From positions 96,001 through 160,000 of the forward strand of contig CAVTHK010000005.1 of the NCBI GenBank assembly GCA_963734495.1: a DNA stretch of 64,000 bases. The letters are read 5' to 3'. The notes beneath the pieces were generated by a model. The model was not told where the DNA came from. It did not search any database and saw nothing but the letters and a program-made list of their open reading frames with translations. Shown here one piece after another: positions 39,473-49,807 of this stretch. Numbering within the stretch: position 1 is the first letter of the stretch; the number at the start of each line of letters is the position of its first letter. Origin of the DNA: an uncultured Spirochaetota bacterium (lineage in GTDB: Bacteria; Spirochaetota; Spirochaetia; SZUA-6; CAVTHK01). The translations under genes were made by a program, and so were the position numbers.

Positions 39473-40069
39473 ATGAACCAAGGGGACCCCGGCGGAGTGC
39501 GTGCCGCGCTGTCGAGGCTCTCGGATGAGGAACTGCTCTCCCGCGTGGCAGCCGGCGAAATGGCCGCGCTGCGGGAGATCTACGAACGCTACAAGCGCCT
39601 CGTCTACGGCTTCGCGGTGCGCAGCCTGGGCGATCGCGAGTCCGCGGAGGAGGTCGCCCTCGACGTCTTCACGCAGGTGTGGAAGAACGCCTCGCGGTAC
39701 ACCGCGGGCCGCGCCAAGGTCGGAACCTGGATCCTCAGCATCTGCCGTCACCGCTCGATCGACGCGTTCCGGCGCAGCTCCGCCCGGGCTCACCACCGGT
39801 CGCTCGGCTGGGACGACCTGCCGCCGGAGGCCTTTCCCGTCACGGAGGAGACACCCGAAGGAACCTTTGTCAGCAACGAAGCGCGCACGCGCGTCAGGCA
39901 GGCGGTCGGCGATCTGCCGCCGGAGCAGGCGCAGGTGCTCTCCCTGGCGTTTTTCGAGGGCATGACCCACAAGGAAATCGCGGCCTCGCTCGGTCAGCCG
40001 CTGGGCACGGTCAAGACCAGGATCCGGCTGGCACTTGCCAAACTCGCGCGGGTGCTCGACGATGGATGA
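39473..40069 (+). CDS. ECF sigma-70 factor (SigK-like)
   Basis: AEEVALDVFTQVW, WILSICRHRSID, THKEIA, PLGTVKTRIRLAL. Confidence 0.9.
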   Translation: MNQGDPGGVRAALSRLSDEELLSRVAAGEMAALREIYERYKRLVYGFAVRSLGDRESAEEVALDVFTQVWKNASRYTAGRAKVGTWILSICRHRSIDAFRRSSARAHHRSLGWDDLPPEAFPVTEETPEGTFVSNEARTRVRQAVGDLPPEQAQVLSLAFFEGMTHKEIAASLGQPLGTVKTRIRLALAKLARVLDDG

Positions 40070-40121
40070 GATGCGGCAATCCAAAGACCGCGCCGGTCCG
40101 AAGAGTAGTATGGGGACCGCC

Positions 40122-40853
40122 ATGAATGATGGTGACCACGTAGGGGAGCTGGTTTCCGGATACGTCCTCGGCGCGCTCGACGACCGGGAGACTCTGCGGG
40201 TTGCCCGGCATCTCGCCTCGTGCCCCCTGTGCCGGCAGGAAATCGACGCCTGTTCCCGCGTGCTCGATGAGCTGGGGATGGCCGGGCCCGAGGTGACTCC
40301 CCCCGACGACCTGTGGGATCGCCTGCAGCAGCGCATCGCCGCCGACAAGCGGGAGGAGCCCGCCGCGGAAGAAGCCGTCGTCGAGCGGCGCCGCGGCGGC
40401 CTCTTCGGCCTCTTCTCGGGCCGGGCCTTGATCGCCGCCAGTCTCGCGGCGTCCATCCTCGTCGTCGCCGGCCTCACGGCCGTTGCGGTCGTGCTCCGCC
40501 AGCAGCGGGGCGTGGAAGCGCTTCGCAGCCTGGAGATGCCCGTCTTCAAGCTCTCGGGGACGCAGGAGATGCCGGGCGCGACCGCGCTCGTGGTCAGCAA
40601 CTCCAACGGCGAGCGCGGCACCCTCGTGGTCGACGGCCTGCCGGCGTTGAAGGGCGGCAAGGTCTACCAGCTGTGGCTGACGCGCGACGGCGAGAGCGTG
40701 GACGGGGCCAACTTTATCGTCGACGATGAAGGATATGCCACCGTCATTGTCCATGCGCCCCGGCCGTTGACCGACTACACCGGCTTCAGCGTCACGATGG
40801 AGCCCGAAGGGGGCAGCCTCGCGCCGACCGGCCCCCCTCTCCTGCGGAAGTAG
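40122..40853 (+). CDS. Anti-sigma factor with zinc finger (ZAS) and RskA domain (alternative start 40062)
   Basis: YVLGALD, HLASCPLC (HxxxCxxC), one TM helix, YQLWL, VTMEPEGGSLAPTG. Confidence 0.88.
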   Translation: MNDGDHVGELVSGYVLGALDDRETLRVARHLASCPLCRQEIDACSRVLDELGMAGPEVTPPDDLWDRLQQRIAADKREEPAAEEAVVERRRGGLFGLFSGRALIAASLAASILVVAGLTAVAVVLRQQRGVEALRSLEMPVFKLSGTQEMPGATALVVSNSNGERGTLVVDGLPALKGGKVYQLWLTRDGESVDGANFIVDDEGYATVIVHAPRPLTDYTGFSVTMEPEGGSLAPTGPPLLRK

Positions 40854-40872
40854 TCCATCCCCGCACTCCCAT

Positions 40873-40898
40873 GAATCCAACATCCCGGTCGCTGCGAA
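40873..40898 (+). promoter_or_regulatory. Candidate SigK-type ECF promoter (ATCC-N16-CGAA)
   Basis: GAATCC...CGAA directly downstream of the sigma/anti-sigma pair and upstream of typical target genes. Confidence 0.45.
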
Positions 40899-40975
40899 GA
40901 TAGGGAGCGTATGCGATCGCAGGGCGGCTCGTCGAGCCGCGCGGGAAAATGATTCGGACTGCGGGAGGGTTTCCA

Positions 40976-41515
40976 ATGAATTTCCGATTCATGGCTACGG
41001 TGGTGATCATCGTGGCGGTCAGCCTCGGCGTTCCGGCGATTGTCGCCGCGCGCGGCGCCGCCGAGTCGCGCGACGCCACCGTGAACGTGGCAACGAGCGA
41101 TCGGTTCGGCCCGATCCTCGTCGACTCGAAAGGCATGACGCTCTACGTCTACGAGAAGGACTCCCCGGGGGTGAGCAACTGCTACGGCGGATGCGCCGGC
41201 GCATGGCCGCCGCTGACCGTCGCGGACGAAGACCAGGCGAAGGCCGGGGCGCGGGCCAAGGGCAAGGTCGCCGTGATCGACCGCACCGACGGTTCCTACC
41301 AGGTGACCTACAACGGCATGCCGCTCTACACCTTCGCCTCGGACAAGAAGCCGGGCGACGTGACCGGGCAGGACGTCGGGAAGGAAGGCGCGAAGTGGTA
41401 CGTGGTGCCGCCGAGGGCGACCAGCGTCGCCAAGGCGGAGGCGCTTTCGGAGGCGGCGGGAGAGCAGCAGAACAGCGCCGGGATGCGGGCGTCGTCTTCG
41501 AGCTCGAGCTACTGA
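40976..41515 (+). CDS. Secreted repeat protein with Y-X4-D motif (COG4315)
   Basis: GMTLYVYEKD, CYGGCAGAWPP, QVTYNGMPLYTFASD, GDVTGQ. Confidence 0.88.
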   Translation: MNFRFMATVVIIVAVSLGVPAIVAARGAAESRDATVNVATSDRFGPILVDSKGMTLYVYEKDSPGVSNCYGGCAGAWPPLTVADEDQAKAGARAKGKVAVIDRTDGSYQVTYNGMPLYTFASDKKPGDVTGQDVGKEGAKWYVVPPRATSVAKAEALSEAAGEQQNSAGMRASSSSSSY

Positions 41516-41592
41516 TGCGGCTTGCCGTGACTCCCCCGGCCTCCGGGCCGCGGGAGCCGCGGCACCGCCAGATGATGGAAGAGAGGTACAAA

Positions 41593-41988
41593 ATGAGAAA
41601 GCTTTCTGGCATCCGCAGCCTGCACGTGCTGCCGCTGCTCGCCGCGCTGGCGTTTGCCGGCTGCGCCACGAGCGGCCCGGCGACCAGAGTCGCGGTCGGG
41701 AGCGGCCCGATCGCCATGCGAGCCGGGGACTTCATGTTCGAGCCTCGCGACTTGCAGGTCAAGGGTACGGGCACGCTGACCCTTCGGATTACCAACGAGT
41801 CGGGCACGCCGCACGACTTCACTCTCAAAGACCCCGCGGGCAGGGTAATCACCAAGGTCGAGCTCCCGGCGAACCAGACAACCACGGCAACCGTCGATCT
41901 TCCCGCCCCCGGGATCTACAAGTTCGACTGCACCAAGCCTCTGCATGCTGCGCTCGGGATGACGGGCCGGATCGTGGTGACCAGTTAG
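41593..41988 (+). CDS. Cupredoxin-domain lipoprotein
   Basis: Lipobox FAGC; PHDF and C-T-K-P-L-H-A-A-L-G-M type 1 copper ligands. Confidence 0.85.
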   Translation: MRKLSGIRSLHVLPLLAALAFAGCATSGPATRVAVGSGPIAMRAGDFMFEPRDLQVKGTGTLTLRITNESGTPHDFTLKDPAGRVITKVELPANQTTTATVDLPAPGIYKFDCTKPLHAALGMTGRIVVTS

Positions 41989-42788
41989 GGCGCGCGAGCC
42001 GGCGCGCCCTCAGCCGTTCGACCGGAGAGCAGGATCCGGTGCGCCACCACGGCCGCTCCGAACCCGTTGTCTATGTTGACGACGCAGACGCCGGCGGCGC
42101 ACGAGTTGAGCATCGCCAGCAGCGCCGCGAGGCCGCCGAAGCTGGCCCCGTAGCCGACCCGCGTCGGCACACCGATGACGGGGCAGCGGGCGAGGCCGCC
42201 GATGACGCTGGTGAGCGCGCCTTCCATCCCCGCGACGCTGATGATGACCGATGCCCCGGCGATCGCGCTCAGGCTGCCGAGCAGCCGGTGGAGGCCTGCC
42301 ACGCCCACGTCGTACGCGCGCTCCACGCGGGAGCCGAGAAACTCGACGGTCTGCGCCGCTTCCTCGGCGACCGGCAGGTCGGCGGTCCCCGCCGCCGCGA
42401 CCAGCACGGCACGCGCGTCCCGCGGCGCCGGGTGCTCGGCGCGCGCGAGCGTAACCAGGCGGGAGACGGGGTCGTAGCGCGCCTCGGGAATCTCCTTCTG
42501 TACGGCGGCGGCCATGTCCGCGGCGGCGCGAGTCCCCATCACCCGGTCGTGGTGCTGCCACAGCCTCTTCAGGATCGCGATCGTCTGATCCGCGGTCTTG
42601 CCCTCGCAGTAGACGACCTCCGGCATCCCGGTGCGCAGCTCGCGGTGCAGGTCGAGGCGGGCGTGGCCGAGGTCCTCGAACGGAAGCAGGCGCAGCCGCT
42701 CGAGCGCCTGATCCGGCGTGACCCGGCCGCGGCCCACGTCCTCGAGCAGCCGGCGCAGTCTCTCGCTGTCCATCTCTCCGGGCTCCAT
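41985..42788 (-). CDS. larB: Nickel-pincer cofactor biosynthesis protein LarB
   Basis: [54 protein letters not shown]. Confidence 0.93.
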   Translation of the reverse strand: MEPGEMDSERLRRLLEDVGRGRVTPDQALERLRLLPFEDLGHARLDLHRELRTGMPEVVYCEGKTADQTIAILKRLWQHHDRVMGTRAAADMAAAVQKEIPEARYDPVSRLVTLARAEHPAPRDARAVLVAAAGTADLPVAEEAAQTVEFLGSRVERAYDVGVAGLHRLLGSLSAIAGASVIISVAGMEGALTSVIGGLARCPVIGVPTRVGYGASFGGLAALLAMLNSCAAGVCVVNIDNGFGAAVVAHRILLSGRTAEGAPARAP

Positions 42789-42790
42789 AG

Positions 42791-43600
42791 CTACCCCGCC
42801 GGCTCCCTCAGGGCCTCGTTCATGCTCCCGCTGCGGAAGCCGGCCAGGTCCAGGGTGACAAAGGCGTAGCCGATCGACTTGAGCCCCGCCACCACCTCCG
42901 AACGGCGCTCGAGCAGCCGGGCGAAGTCTCCGGGCTCGACTTCGATGCGGGCTACGCGGTCGTGGGCGCGCACCCGAAGCTGCCTCAGGCCGAGGCCCCG
43001 CAGCAGCGCCTCGGCGCGCTCCACCTGCGAAAGCGCCGTCAGGGTGATCGTCGTACCGTAAGGGATGCGCGACGACAGGCAGGCCGCGGCCGGCTTGTCC
43101 CAGTTGGGAAGCCCGAGCTCGCGCGCCAGCGCGCGCACGTCGGCCTTGGTCAGCCCGGCCTCCAGCAGCGGGCTGTGCACACCGTGCTGCCGCGCGGCCT
43201 GCCGGCCGGGACGGTAGTCGCCGGCGTCATCGGCGTTCGTGCCGTCGACCACCGCGGAGTAGCCGTGCTCGCGGGCGTACGCCGCCAGCCTCCCGTAGGT
43301 CTCCTTGCGGCAGAAGAAGCAGCGGTTGGGCGTGTTCGCGAGGTACAGCGGGTCCGAGGTCTCTTCGCTTTCGATCAGAACGTGCCTCGCCCCGATGCGC
43401 CTCGCGACCTGCTCCGACTCGGCGCGGTCCGCGGACGCCAGGCTGGCGGACACGGCCGTGACGGCCACGGCCTTGTCGCCCAGCGCGTCGTGCGCGACCT
43501 TGAGCACGAGCGTGCTGTCGGTCCCTCCGGAGTAGGCGACCACGACGCTGCCGAGCCGGGCGAGGATCGCCTTGAGCCGGTCGTACTCGTCACCGCTCAT
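42791..43600 (-). CDS. larE: ATP-dependent sulfur transferase LarE
   Basis: PP-loop YSGGTDS, RCFFC, DGTNADD, RPG, ACLSSRIPYG, LRVR, GFRSGSMN. Confidence 0.93.
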   Translation of the reverse strand: MSGDEYDRLKAILARLGSVVVAYSGGTDSTLVLKVAHDALGDKAVAVTAVSASLASADRAESEQVARRIGARHVLIESEETSDPLYLANTPNRCFFCRKETYGRLAAYAREHGYSAVVDGTNADDAGDYRPGRQAARQHGVHSPLLEAGLTKADVRALARELGLPNWDKPAAACLSSRIPYGTTITLTALSQVERAEALLRGLGLRQLRVRAHDRVARIEVEPGDFARLLERRSEVVAGLKSIGYAFVTLDLAGFRSGSMNEALREPAG

Positions 43601-44868
43601 TCCGGGGCTCCCCCTCGGCCCGCAGCGACTCCACGATCCGGTCGACGGGCACGCCGTGCTCGAGCGCGAGCTTCCGCACGTCTTCGTACTCCGGCTTGGA
43701 TCTGAGGACCCGGCCCTTGAACAGCGCCTGCTTGACTCGCACCTCGCCGTACGGCGAGCTTACCTTCACCTCGTTTCTTTCGAGCATCCGCTTCCAGACG
43801 GAGGCCTCCCGGATCCCCAGCGTCGTCGTGTGCACGAACAGGATCTCGCGCACCGCCGGCAGCTCCGCGCGCCCGCAGAGCACGCCGAGGGTCACCGCGG
43901 GACGCGACTTCTTCATCACGATGGGCGTGAGGAACACGTCCATCGCCCCCGCGCGGAAGAGGAGCTCCATGGCGTGGTCGTATCGCTCAGGGCTCATGTC
44001 GTCGAGGTTGCACTCGACGAGCACCGCCTCTTCGGTCGCGGTGCCGTCGGAGCCGATCGGCGTCTCCTCTTCGTCGGTCTCGGCGAGAAAGACGCGCAGC
44101 GCGTCGGGGACGGGCCCATCCTTCCCGCCGAGGCCGTAGCCGACCTTTTCTATCTTGAAATTGAAGGAAGATACGAACCTGTCCGCGAGCGTGGCCAGGA
44201 TCGCAGCGCCCGTCGGCGTCGTCGCCTCGAAGGGAACGCCGCCGGTCCTCGCCGGGATGCCCTTGAGGATCTCGGCTGTGGCGGGGGCAGGGACCGGGAA
44301 AGTCCCGTGCGCGCATTTGACGAACCCGCTGCCGAGCTCCACCGGCCCGGCCACTACGCGGTCCACCCCGAGCGCCTCGCGGCACACGGCGGCCCCGACG
44401 ATGTCGACGATCGAGTCGACCGCCCCTACCTCGTGAAAGTGAACCCGCTCCCGCGGCACACCGTGGATCTTCGCCTCGGCGTCGGCGATCCTGGCGAAGA
44501 TCCCCAGGCTGAGATCCTTGACCGCGGGCGACAGGCTGCTCTCCTCGATCAGCCCGCGGATGTCCGCGTAGCTCCTGCTCTCCGCGTGGTGGTGCTCGTG
44601 CTCGTGGTGCTCGTGCTCGTGGCCGTGCTCGTGGCTCGTGCTCGTGGCTGCTGTGCTCGTGGCCCGCGTCGCCAGCGAGCACGACGTCGACCTTGGTGCC
44701 CTCGACGCCGCGGCGTTTGTCCCTGCGTACGCGGATCTCGTACCCGTCCAGCCTCAGCCGGCCAAGCTCCCGCCTGAGGTGGTCCGGATCGACTCCCAGG
44801 TCGATCATCGCCGCCAGGTTCATGTCGCCGCTGATGCCGGAGAAGCAGTCGTAATAGAGGATCTTCAT
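43590..44868 (-). CDS. larC: Nickel insertase LarC (full-length, +1 indel in His-rich repeat near 44634)
   Basis: YDCFSGISGDM, His-rich tract, HFHEVGAVDS, HGTFPVPAPAT, TPTGAA, ECNLDDM, MKKSRP, KPEYED. Confidence 0.9.
44586..44663 (-). repeat. (CACGAG)n tandem repeat encoding the LarC His/Glu tract
   Basis: Repeated CTCGTG units on the + strand. Confidence 0.85.
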
Positions 44869-45096
44869 GCGCGATCCTTCCAGGCCGGCTCGCCGCGGTC
44901 GTCTCTCGCCATCAGATGACGGCGGCCGTGCGATACGGCCCCTGTTGTCGGGAGATTTCCTTCGAGGAAGAGAACGGGAGCCTTCGAGACTCCAGCGTTA
45001 CGGAATAGTTAATACGCAGCCGCGGCCATCGTCAATGAACGGGCATCGCTCTGGCCCCCGCCTCGGCTGGCGCCCGCGCGGCCGCAACGGCGCGGT

Positions 45097-45511
45097 CTAT
45101 CCGTGCAGCCGCCGCGCGACCATCTCGGCGGCCTGCGCGATGAGCGCGCCGACCGGCCTGGGCTCGAATCCCACGAGGACGAAGTGGTGCTGAGCGATGG
45201 GGATGAGGAGCTTTTCAGCCCGGCACGCCAGGACCGCCGCCGCGATGCCGGCGCTGATCTCCCCCATCATCGCGTCCGGGAGCACGACGCCTATGCGGAG
45301 CTACGACGATGTCGGCCTGCGCCACAGACACGCGGATGGCGTTCTCGCCGGTCGCGCCCCGGGTGGCGCCCGCCCGGACCATCCGGTCGGTGGCGACGGC
45401 GTTCGACCCCAGGGCGATGATCTCGGCCCGCTCTCCCACCGCGTCCTTGAGCTGCGTGACGATCTGCGTCCCGATGCCGCCGCCCAGGCCGTCGATCACT
45501 GCTACTTGCAT
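45097..45511 (-). CDS. DUF3842 family protein (frameshift near 45296)
   Basis: VAVIDGLGGGIG, ALGSNAVAT, GATGENAI, then AMMGEIS...KLLIP. Confidence 0.8.
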
Positions 45512-45553
45512 CACGGCTTGAATATCCGCGCCCGATGCCCCTGCCGGCAAGGC

Positions 45554-46474
45554 TCAGCGCGGCGCGGTGCCGGCCGCGCGGGTGCGCGCGAACAGGGCCC
45601 ACGCGGCGGCGACGAACGCCAGCGCCGACGCTGCCGCAACGATGAACGGGGAGTCCACGGCGGGGTCGGTGATCCACTCGGGGAGCCACGAGGCCCGCGC
45701 GTTCGCGAGCCCGATCGCGGTCAGGTTGTAGGCGAAGTGAGCCGTCATCGACGAGTAGAGAGAGCCGGTGCGCTGGTAGACGAAGCCGAGGTAACAGCCG
45801 ACAAGGGCGAGCCCCAAGAGCGCGAAGGGGCTCCGGTGGAAGAGGGCGAACACGGTGCCGGCTATCACGATGGAAGTCGCGGGCGCCAGCCTGCGCTGGA
45901 GCGTGGCCTGGAAATAGCCGCGGAAGAGCGCCTCCTCGCAGACGGCTGGAGTGACCGCGACCGCCAGCACGACCGCCGCGAGGCGGACCGGCGTGGGGGC
46001 CTCGAGCAGGAGCGCGGCCGCCCGATCGAGCCGCCGGAGCACCGGGAAGAAGTGGTAGACCCAGCCGCTCAGAAGGGCGGCCACGGGCACGGCGGCCACA
46101 GCGCCCACGGCGGCGAGACCCAGGTCGAGGGCGCGCGGAGCGCGGAATCCGAAATACGGAGCCACCTGCCGCGTGTGCCAGCGGCGGAAGAGGGCAAGAG
46201 GCAAGGCGAGGAAGAGGGAAAACTGCGCAACCGTGAGGGACGCGAGGGTCGGGAGCTGGAACCTGCGGTAGTACGCTTCGAGGGTGGCAACAAGGTCGCC
46301 GGTCACCCCCCACGTGTCACCCAGAAGAATCGCGCCGATGGTCACGGCGACCATGGCCACGGTCGTCGCGGCGTAGTACAGGCTGCCGCAGATGAGTATC
46401 AGGGAGACGGCGGCTGCCAGGGGGCTCTTTCCCGGTCGCTCCCAGGAGCCTTCCAGCGACCCGGCGGGGATCAT
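45554..46474 (-). CDS. CPBP/CAAX (Abi) intramembrane metalloprotease
   Basis: PAVCEEALFRG, FALFH, AHFAYN. Confidence 0.88.
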   Translation of the reverse strand: MIPAGSLEGSWERPGKSPLAAAVSLILICGSLYYAATTVAMVAVTIGAILLGDTWGVTGDLVATLEAYYRRFQLPTLASLTVAQFSLFLALPLALFRRWHTRQVAPYFGFRAPRALDLGLAAVGAVAAVPVAALLSGWVYHFFPVLRRLDRAAALLLEAPTPVRLAAVVLAVAVTPAVCEEALFRGYFQATLQRRLAPATSIVIAGTVFALFHRSPFALLGLALVGCYLGFVYQRTGSLYSSMTAHFAYNLTAIGLANARASWLPEWITDPAVDSPFIVAAASALAFVAAAWALFARTRAAGTAPR

Positions 46475-47534
46475 GCCGGCGCCGAGTTGCCCGGGTCGCC
46501 GGACTGCGGCGACTGCGGCGACTGGCCGGCGACTCCGGCGACGCCGCGGGCACCGCGGCCGGCTCCGCAGCCGCCAGCGCGGGTGCCGCGGACTCATGGG
46601 CCGCCCTCAGGTCGAGGTACATCAGGGTCATGAACCCGGGGACCGCAAAGGCGGACAGCACGCTGCTCAGGTACGAAGCCAGGGCAATCTGGCCGCTCAA
46701 GCCCGCGAGGGACTCGAGGAGGTTCGCGTATTGGTCGCCGACATCCGCCAGGCCGGCGAGAAGGGACTGGAAGAAGTCCACGTAGGTCCGCAGCAGCGAG
46801 AAAAGCAGCACCGGCGCGGTGACGATCGAGGTGGCGAACCCCACGATGAGACCGATCAGCAGCGTGCGCCAGAGCACCCGCCACCAGTTGCCCCGCACGA
46901 CGCGGACGCTCTCGTCGAGGCTCGCGTCCACGCCCAGGCCGCCGATGACCTGCGCCTCCAGCGCCAGCCCGAAGCGCACGCTCAGCCACAGCATCGCGCC
47001 GAGGCCGGCGGCCATGAAGGCGACGAACAGCGCGATGGCGAGCGCGGGAACATCGAGAACGGTGAATACGATCATGCCCACCATGGCGGGGACCATCGCC
47101 GCGGCCATCACCGCCCCGCCGATGGCCGCCAGCAGGAGCCGCTGGCCGACGAGGCGCAGCAGGCTCCGCCGCGCCGCGTCGAGGAGGATGTCGCCGAGCG
47201 CGACCGCGCGCCCGTTCGCGGCGTGCCAGGTCTGAAGCGTCACGCAGGCGCGCACGAACAGCGACACGAGCCCCAGCAGGAGGGCCGCGCCCACGCTCCA
47301 GGCGTACACGCCAAGGAGCGTGCGCACGAACAGCCACGAATCGAGGCTCTCGCCGTGCGCCGTGAGCGACGTGATCTGGGCCAGCGACCCGAACATCCGC
47401 GCGTAGGCTTCTCCGAGCGCCCAGGCAGCGGGGGCGAACAGCACGCCGCCCGCGGCGAGGGCGGTCTTCCACGTGGACCCCATCGACTTGATGGTGGCGT
47501 CCAGCAGGTCCGATAGCGACTGTCTCGCCTGCAA
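46471..47534 (-). CDS. Integral membrane protein (GDPD membrane-domain-like); 3' end inferred across an indel
   Basis: GGGAGG RBS then TTG; multiple TMs; SLDESVRVVRGNWWRV and MYLDLR. The uncorrected frame runs on to 46317. Confidence 0.6.
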
Positions 47535-47605
47535 GTCTTCCTCCCTTTCGTGAAGGATTGTAGCGCGGTCGCCGCTTCCGGACCGGACTTCGCCCGCGCG
47601 CCGCG

Positions 47606-48937
47606 CTAAGACGGCATGGCGGCCTCGCGGTCGAGCGCGGCCCAGGCCGCGGAGTAGAGCGCGCCGGGCCGCGCGCGCGCCGGCTCGGCCGCCGCCCGGT
47701 CCGCCCACCCCCGTTCGGCCGCGTCGGCCAGGGCGAAGCACTCCCGGGAGAGCTCGAGGCGTTCGTCCGCCGGCGCGGCCGCCCGCTGCAGAGCGTCGTC
47801 GACGAAACGCCGTTCCAGCGCTTCCCGCTCCGCGCGCGACAGGCTCGCGCGCGCCTCGTAGTCGCGGAGGACCGTCCGGTGGAAACGCTCGTGCCTCCAG
47901 AACAGGGTATCGTCGCTGTAGGTCCCCGACGGCGCCGGCCCCAGGTCGGGCAGGCCCGAGTCGACCCAGACGGGCTTGAAGACGCTCAGACAGGGCGCCG
48001 CGGTCCCCGTCGCGAAGCTCACGGGGCCGCGGGCATCCAGGCGGCAAACCAGGGAGCCGGCGGTCCCGCTCGCTCGGACGGGACCGGCTGCCGCATGCAT
48101 GCACACGGTGGAGCCGACCAGCCCGCGGTCGGGCCGCCAGGATGCGCCGGGCTCGACGCCGTGGTCGCGCAGCGCGGACATCACGTCGGCGGCGCCGACG
48201 CCGCCCGCCGCGCGCTCGAGGAGCCGGCGGGAGCGCGCCTCGCGCGAACGGCAGCTGCTGAGCCGCGTGTAGAGGCGGTCGGAGTAGGAGCGCGCGAAGC
48301 TGAAGTCCGAGCCCTTGCGGCACCAGGCTCTCTTGACCGCGTAGTCCACGAGCCCGGGCGAAGCCGCGTCCCACTGCCTGCCGATCGTGAGCCCGTTGGA
48401 GATGCTGTAAACACCCTTGACCCGCCTGGCGGCCCAGACCCGCCCGGCGGTCTCGAGGACCCAGGCCTCGCTCGGGTCCGCGATCAGGAAGCTGTTGTGG
48501 TAGTACTTGCGGCCGCGGGAGGCGCAGTTGCCGCCCTGGCCGTACCTCGCGAGCAGCGACGTGATCACCTCGACCGCCGCGGGAGCGGCGGCCGCGCGCT
48601 CGAGCGCCAGTCGCAGCAGGTCCATCCCGATGAGCCCGGGGCCCCGGTCGTAAGGCATCCGCGTGAACACGGCTTCGTTGCCGATCGCGACGCCGTGCTC
48701 GTTGACTCCCATCTCGGCGCCCCAGATCCAGAAGGGCCGGGACAGGAGGGTCGCGTGGGTATGCGCCACCTGGTCGATCTTGACGTAGGTGCACATCACC
48801 CGGCTGCCAGGGTCGTGGTCCGCGGCAGGAACGTATGCCAGGTACTGGGCCTCGTTGGGGGGGCGGTCGGAGTTCTTGCCGAACAGCATCACCCGGTCGG
48901 CGGATGCTTCGGGCGTGACCACGAGTGTGTCGCACAC
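47606..48937 (-). CDS. C69 family dipeptidase (secernin-like, Ntn hydrolase)
   Basis: N-terminal (M)CDT, GKNSDR, WGAEMGVNEHGVAIGNE, GMDLLRLALER. Confidence 0.9.
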   Translation of the reverse strand: MCDTLVVTPEASADRVMLFGKNSDRPPNEAQYLAYVPAADHDPGSRVMCTYVKIDQVAHTHATLLSRPFWIWGAEMGVNEHGVAIGNEAVFTRMPYDRGPGLIGMDLLRLALERAAAAPAAVEVITSLLARYGQGGNCASRGRKYYHNSFLIADPSEAWVLETAGRVWAARRVKGVYSISNGLTIGRQWDAASPGLVDYAVKRAWCRKGSDFSFARSYSDRLYTRLSSCRSREARSRRLLERAAGGVGAADVMSALRDHGVEPGASWRPDRGLVGSTVCMHAAAGPVRASGTAGSLVCRLDARGPVSFATGTAAPCLSVFKPVWVDSGLPDLGPAPSGTYSDDTLFWRHERFHRTVLRDYEARASLSRAEREALERRFVDDALQRAAAPADERLELSRECFALADAAERGWADRAAAEPARARPGALYSAAWAALDREAAMPS

Positions 48938-49130
48938 GGCCTGGCCTCCTTTCCATCATCGTAGCGTCGGGGCGCGCGAGGCGCAAACCGATCTCCCGGC
49001 CGCAGCAAGCGCGGCCGCGGCGACGCGGCCGCGCCCGCAGAGAGGCGCTGTCCGGCAGGGTCTCTGAACCATTACTATTGGGGCGCACGGGCTGCGGACA
49101 GTGCGGCCCGGGTGCCAGGAGGGAAATGTC

Positions 49131-49559
49131 ATGCCGAAGCGAATCTCGAGCGCGGTCTGGAACGGTGACCTCAAGAGCGGCAAGGGCACGATGCGCGTCG
49201 GCCGCACCGGTTACGAAGGGCCGTACTCGTTCGTCTCCCGTTTCGAAGAAGGGCCCGGCACCAACCCCGAGGAGCTGATCGCCGCGGCTCACGCGGGCTG
49301 CTTCTCGATGGCCCTTTCGGCCGACCTCGGCGGCGCCGGCCACTCCCCGCGCAGCGTCAGCACGCGCGCGACGGTCACCGTCGAAAAGCATGGCGCCGGC
49401 TTCAAGATCACCCTGATCGAGCTCGAGGCCGAGGCCGATGTGCCCGGGATCGACCAGGCGGCGTTTCAGAAAATAGCCGAAGGCACCAAGACAGGCTGTC
49501 CCGTTTCGCAGGCCCTGTCGGCTGTGCCGATCAGGCTCAAAGCGACGCTCAAGAGATAG
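49131..49559 (+). CDS. osmC: OsmC family peroxiredoxin
   Basis: SRFEEGPGTNPEELIAAAHAGCFSMA, CPVSQAL. Confidence 0.93.
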   Translation: MPKRISSAVWNGDLKSGKGTMRVGRTGYEGPYSFVSRFEEGPGTNPEELIAAAHAGCFSMALSADLGGAGHSPRSVSTRATVTVEKHGAGFKITLIELEAEADVPGIDQAAFQKIAEGTKTGCPVSQALSAVPIRLKATLKR

Positions 49560-49807
49560 ACCGGGCGCGCCCGGAGGCCGGCCTCCGGCCTGAATCTCGA
49601 GTCCGGGACCGCAGGACCGGGCCGCCGGGCGCCGCCACCCCCTGCTCACCGCCACCCCCGCCTGCCGCGCGCGAAGCAGCGCTCGGCGGGAGGGCCGTCT
49701 TTTGTTTGACAACCGGGATTCCGGCGGTTAGCCTCGAGCAGCCGACGGATGGGCACGCGACCTCATGGGAGCCTCGCGTCCGACGGACGGCGTCGAAAGG
49801 GGGATCC

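Noticed and set aside
45554-46474. 'Abi' family gene as anti-phage defence
   Set aside because: It is a CPBP membrane protease; the family name does not imply abortive infection and there is no defence context
46317-49712. Very long ORFs in the track (e.g. 46317-49712, 49706-53260, 57656-60838, 21079-23706, 36641-39298) as giant or fusion proteins
   Set aside because: They are real genes extended by Arg/Ala/Pro-rich shadow frames, caused by stop-codon scarcity at high GC and by indels
49560-49800. GC-rich palindromes after osmC as a riboswitch or sRNA
   Set aside because: No recognisable aptamer motif or second copy; such hairpins are expected at this GC content
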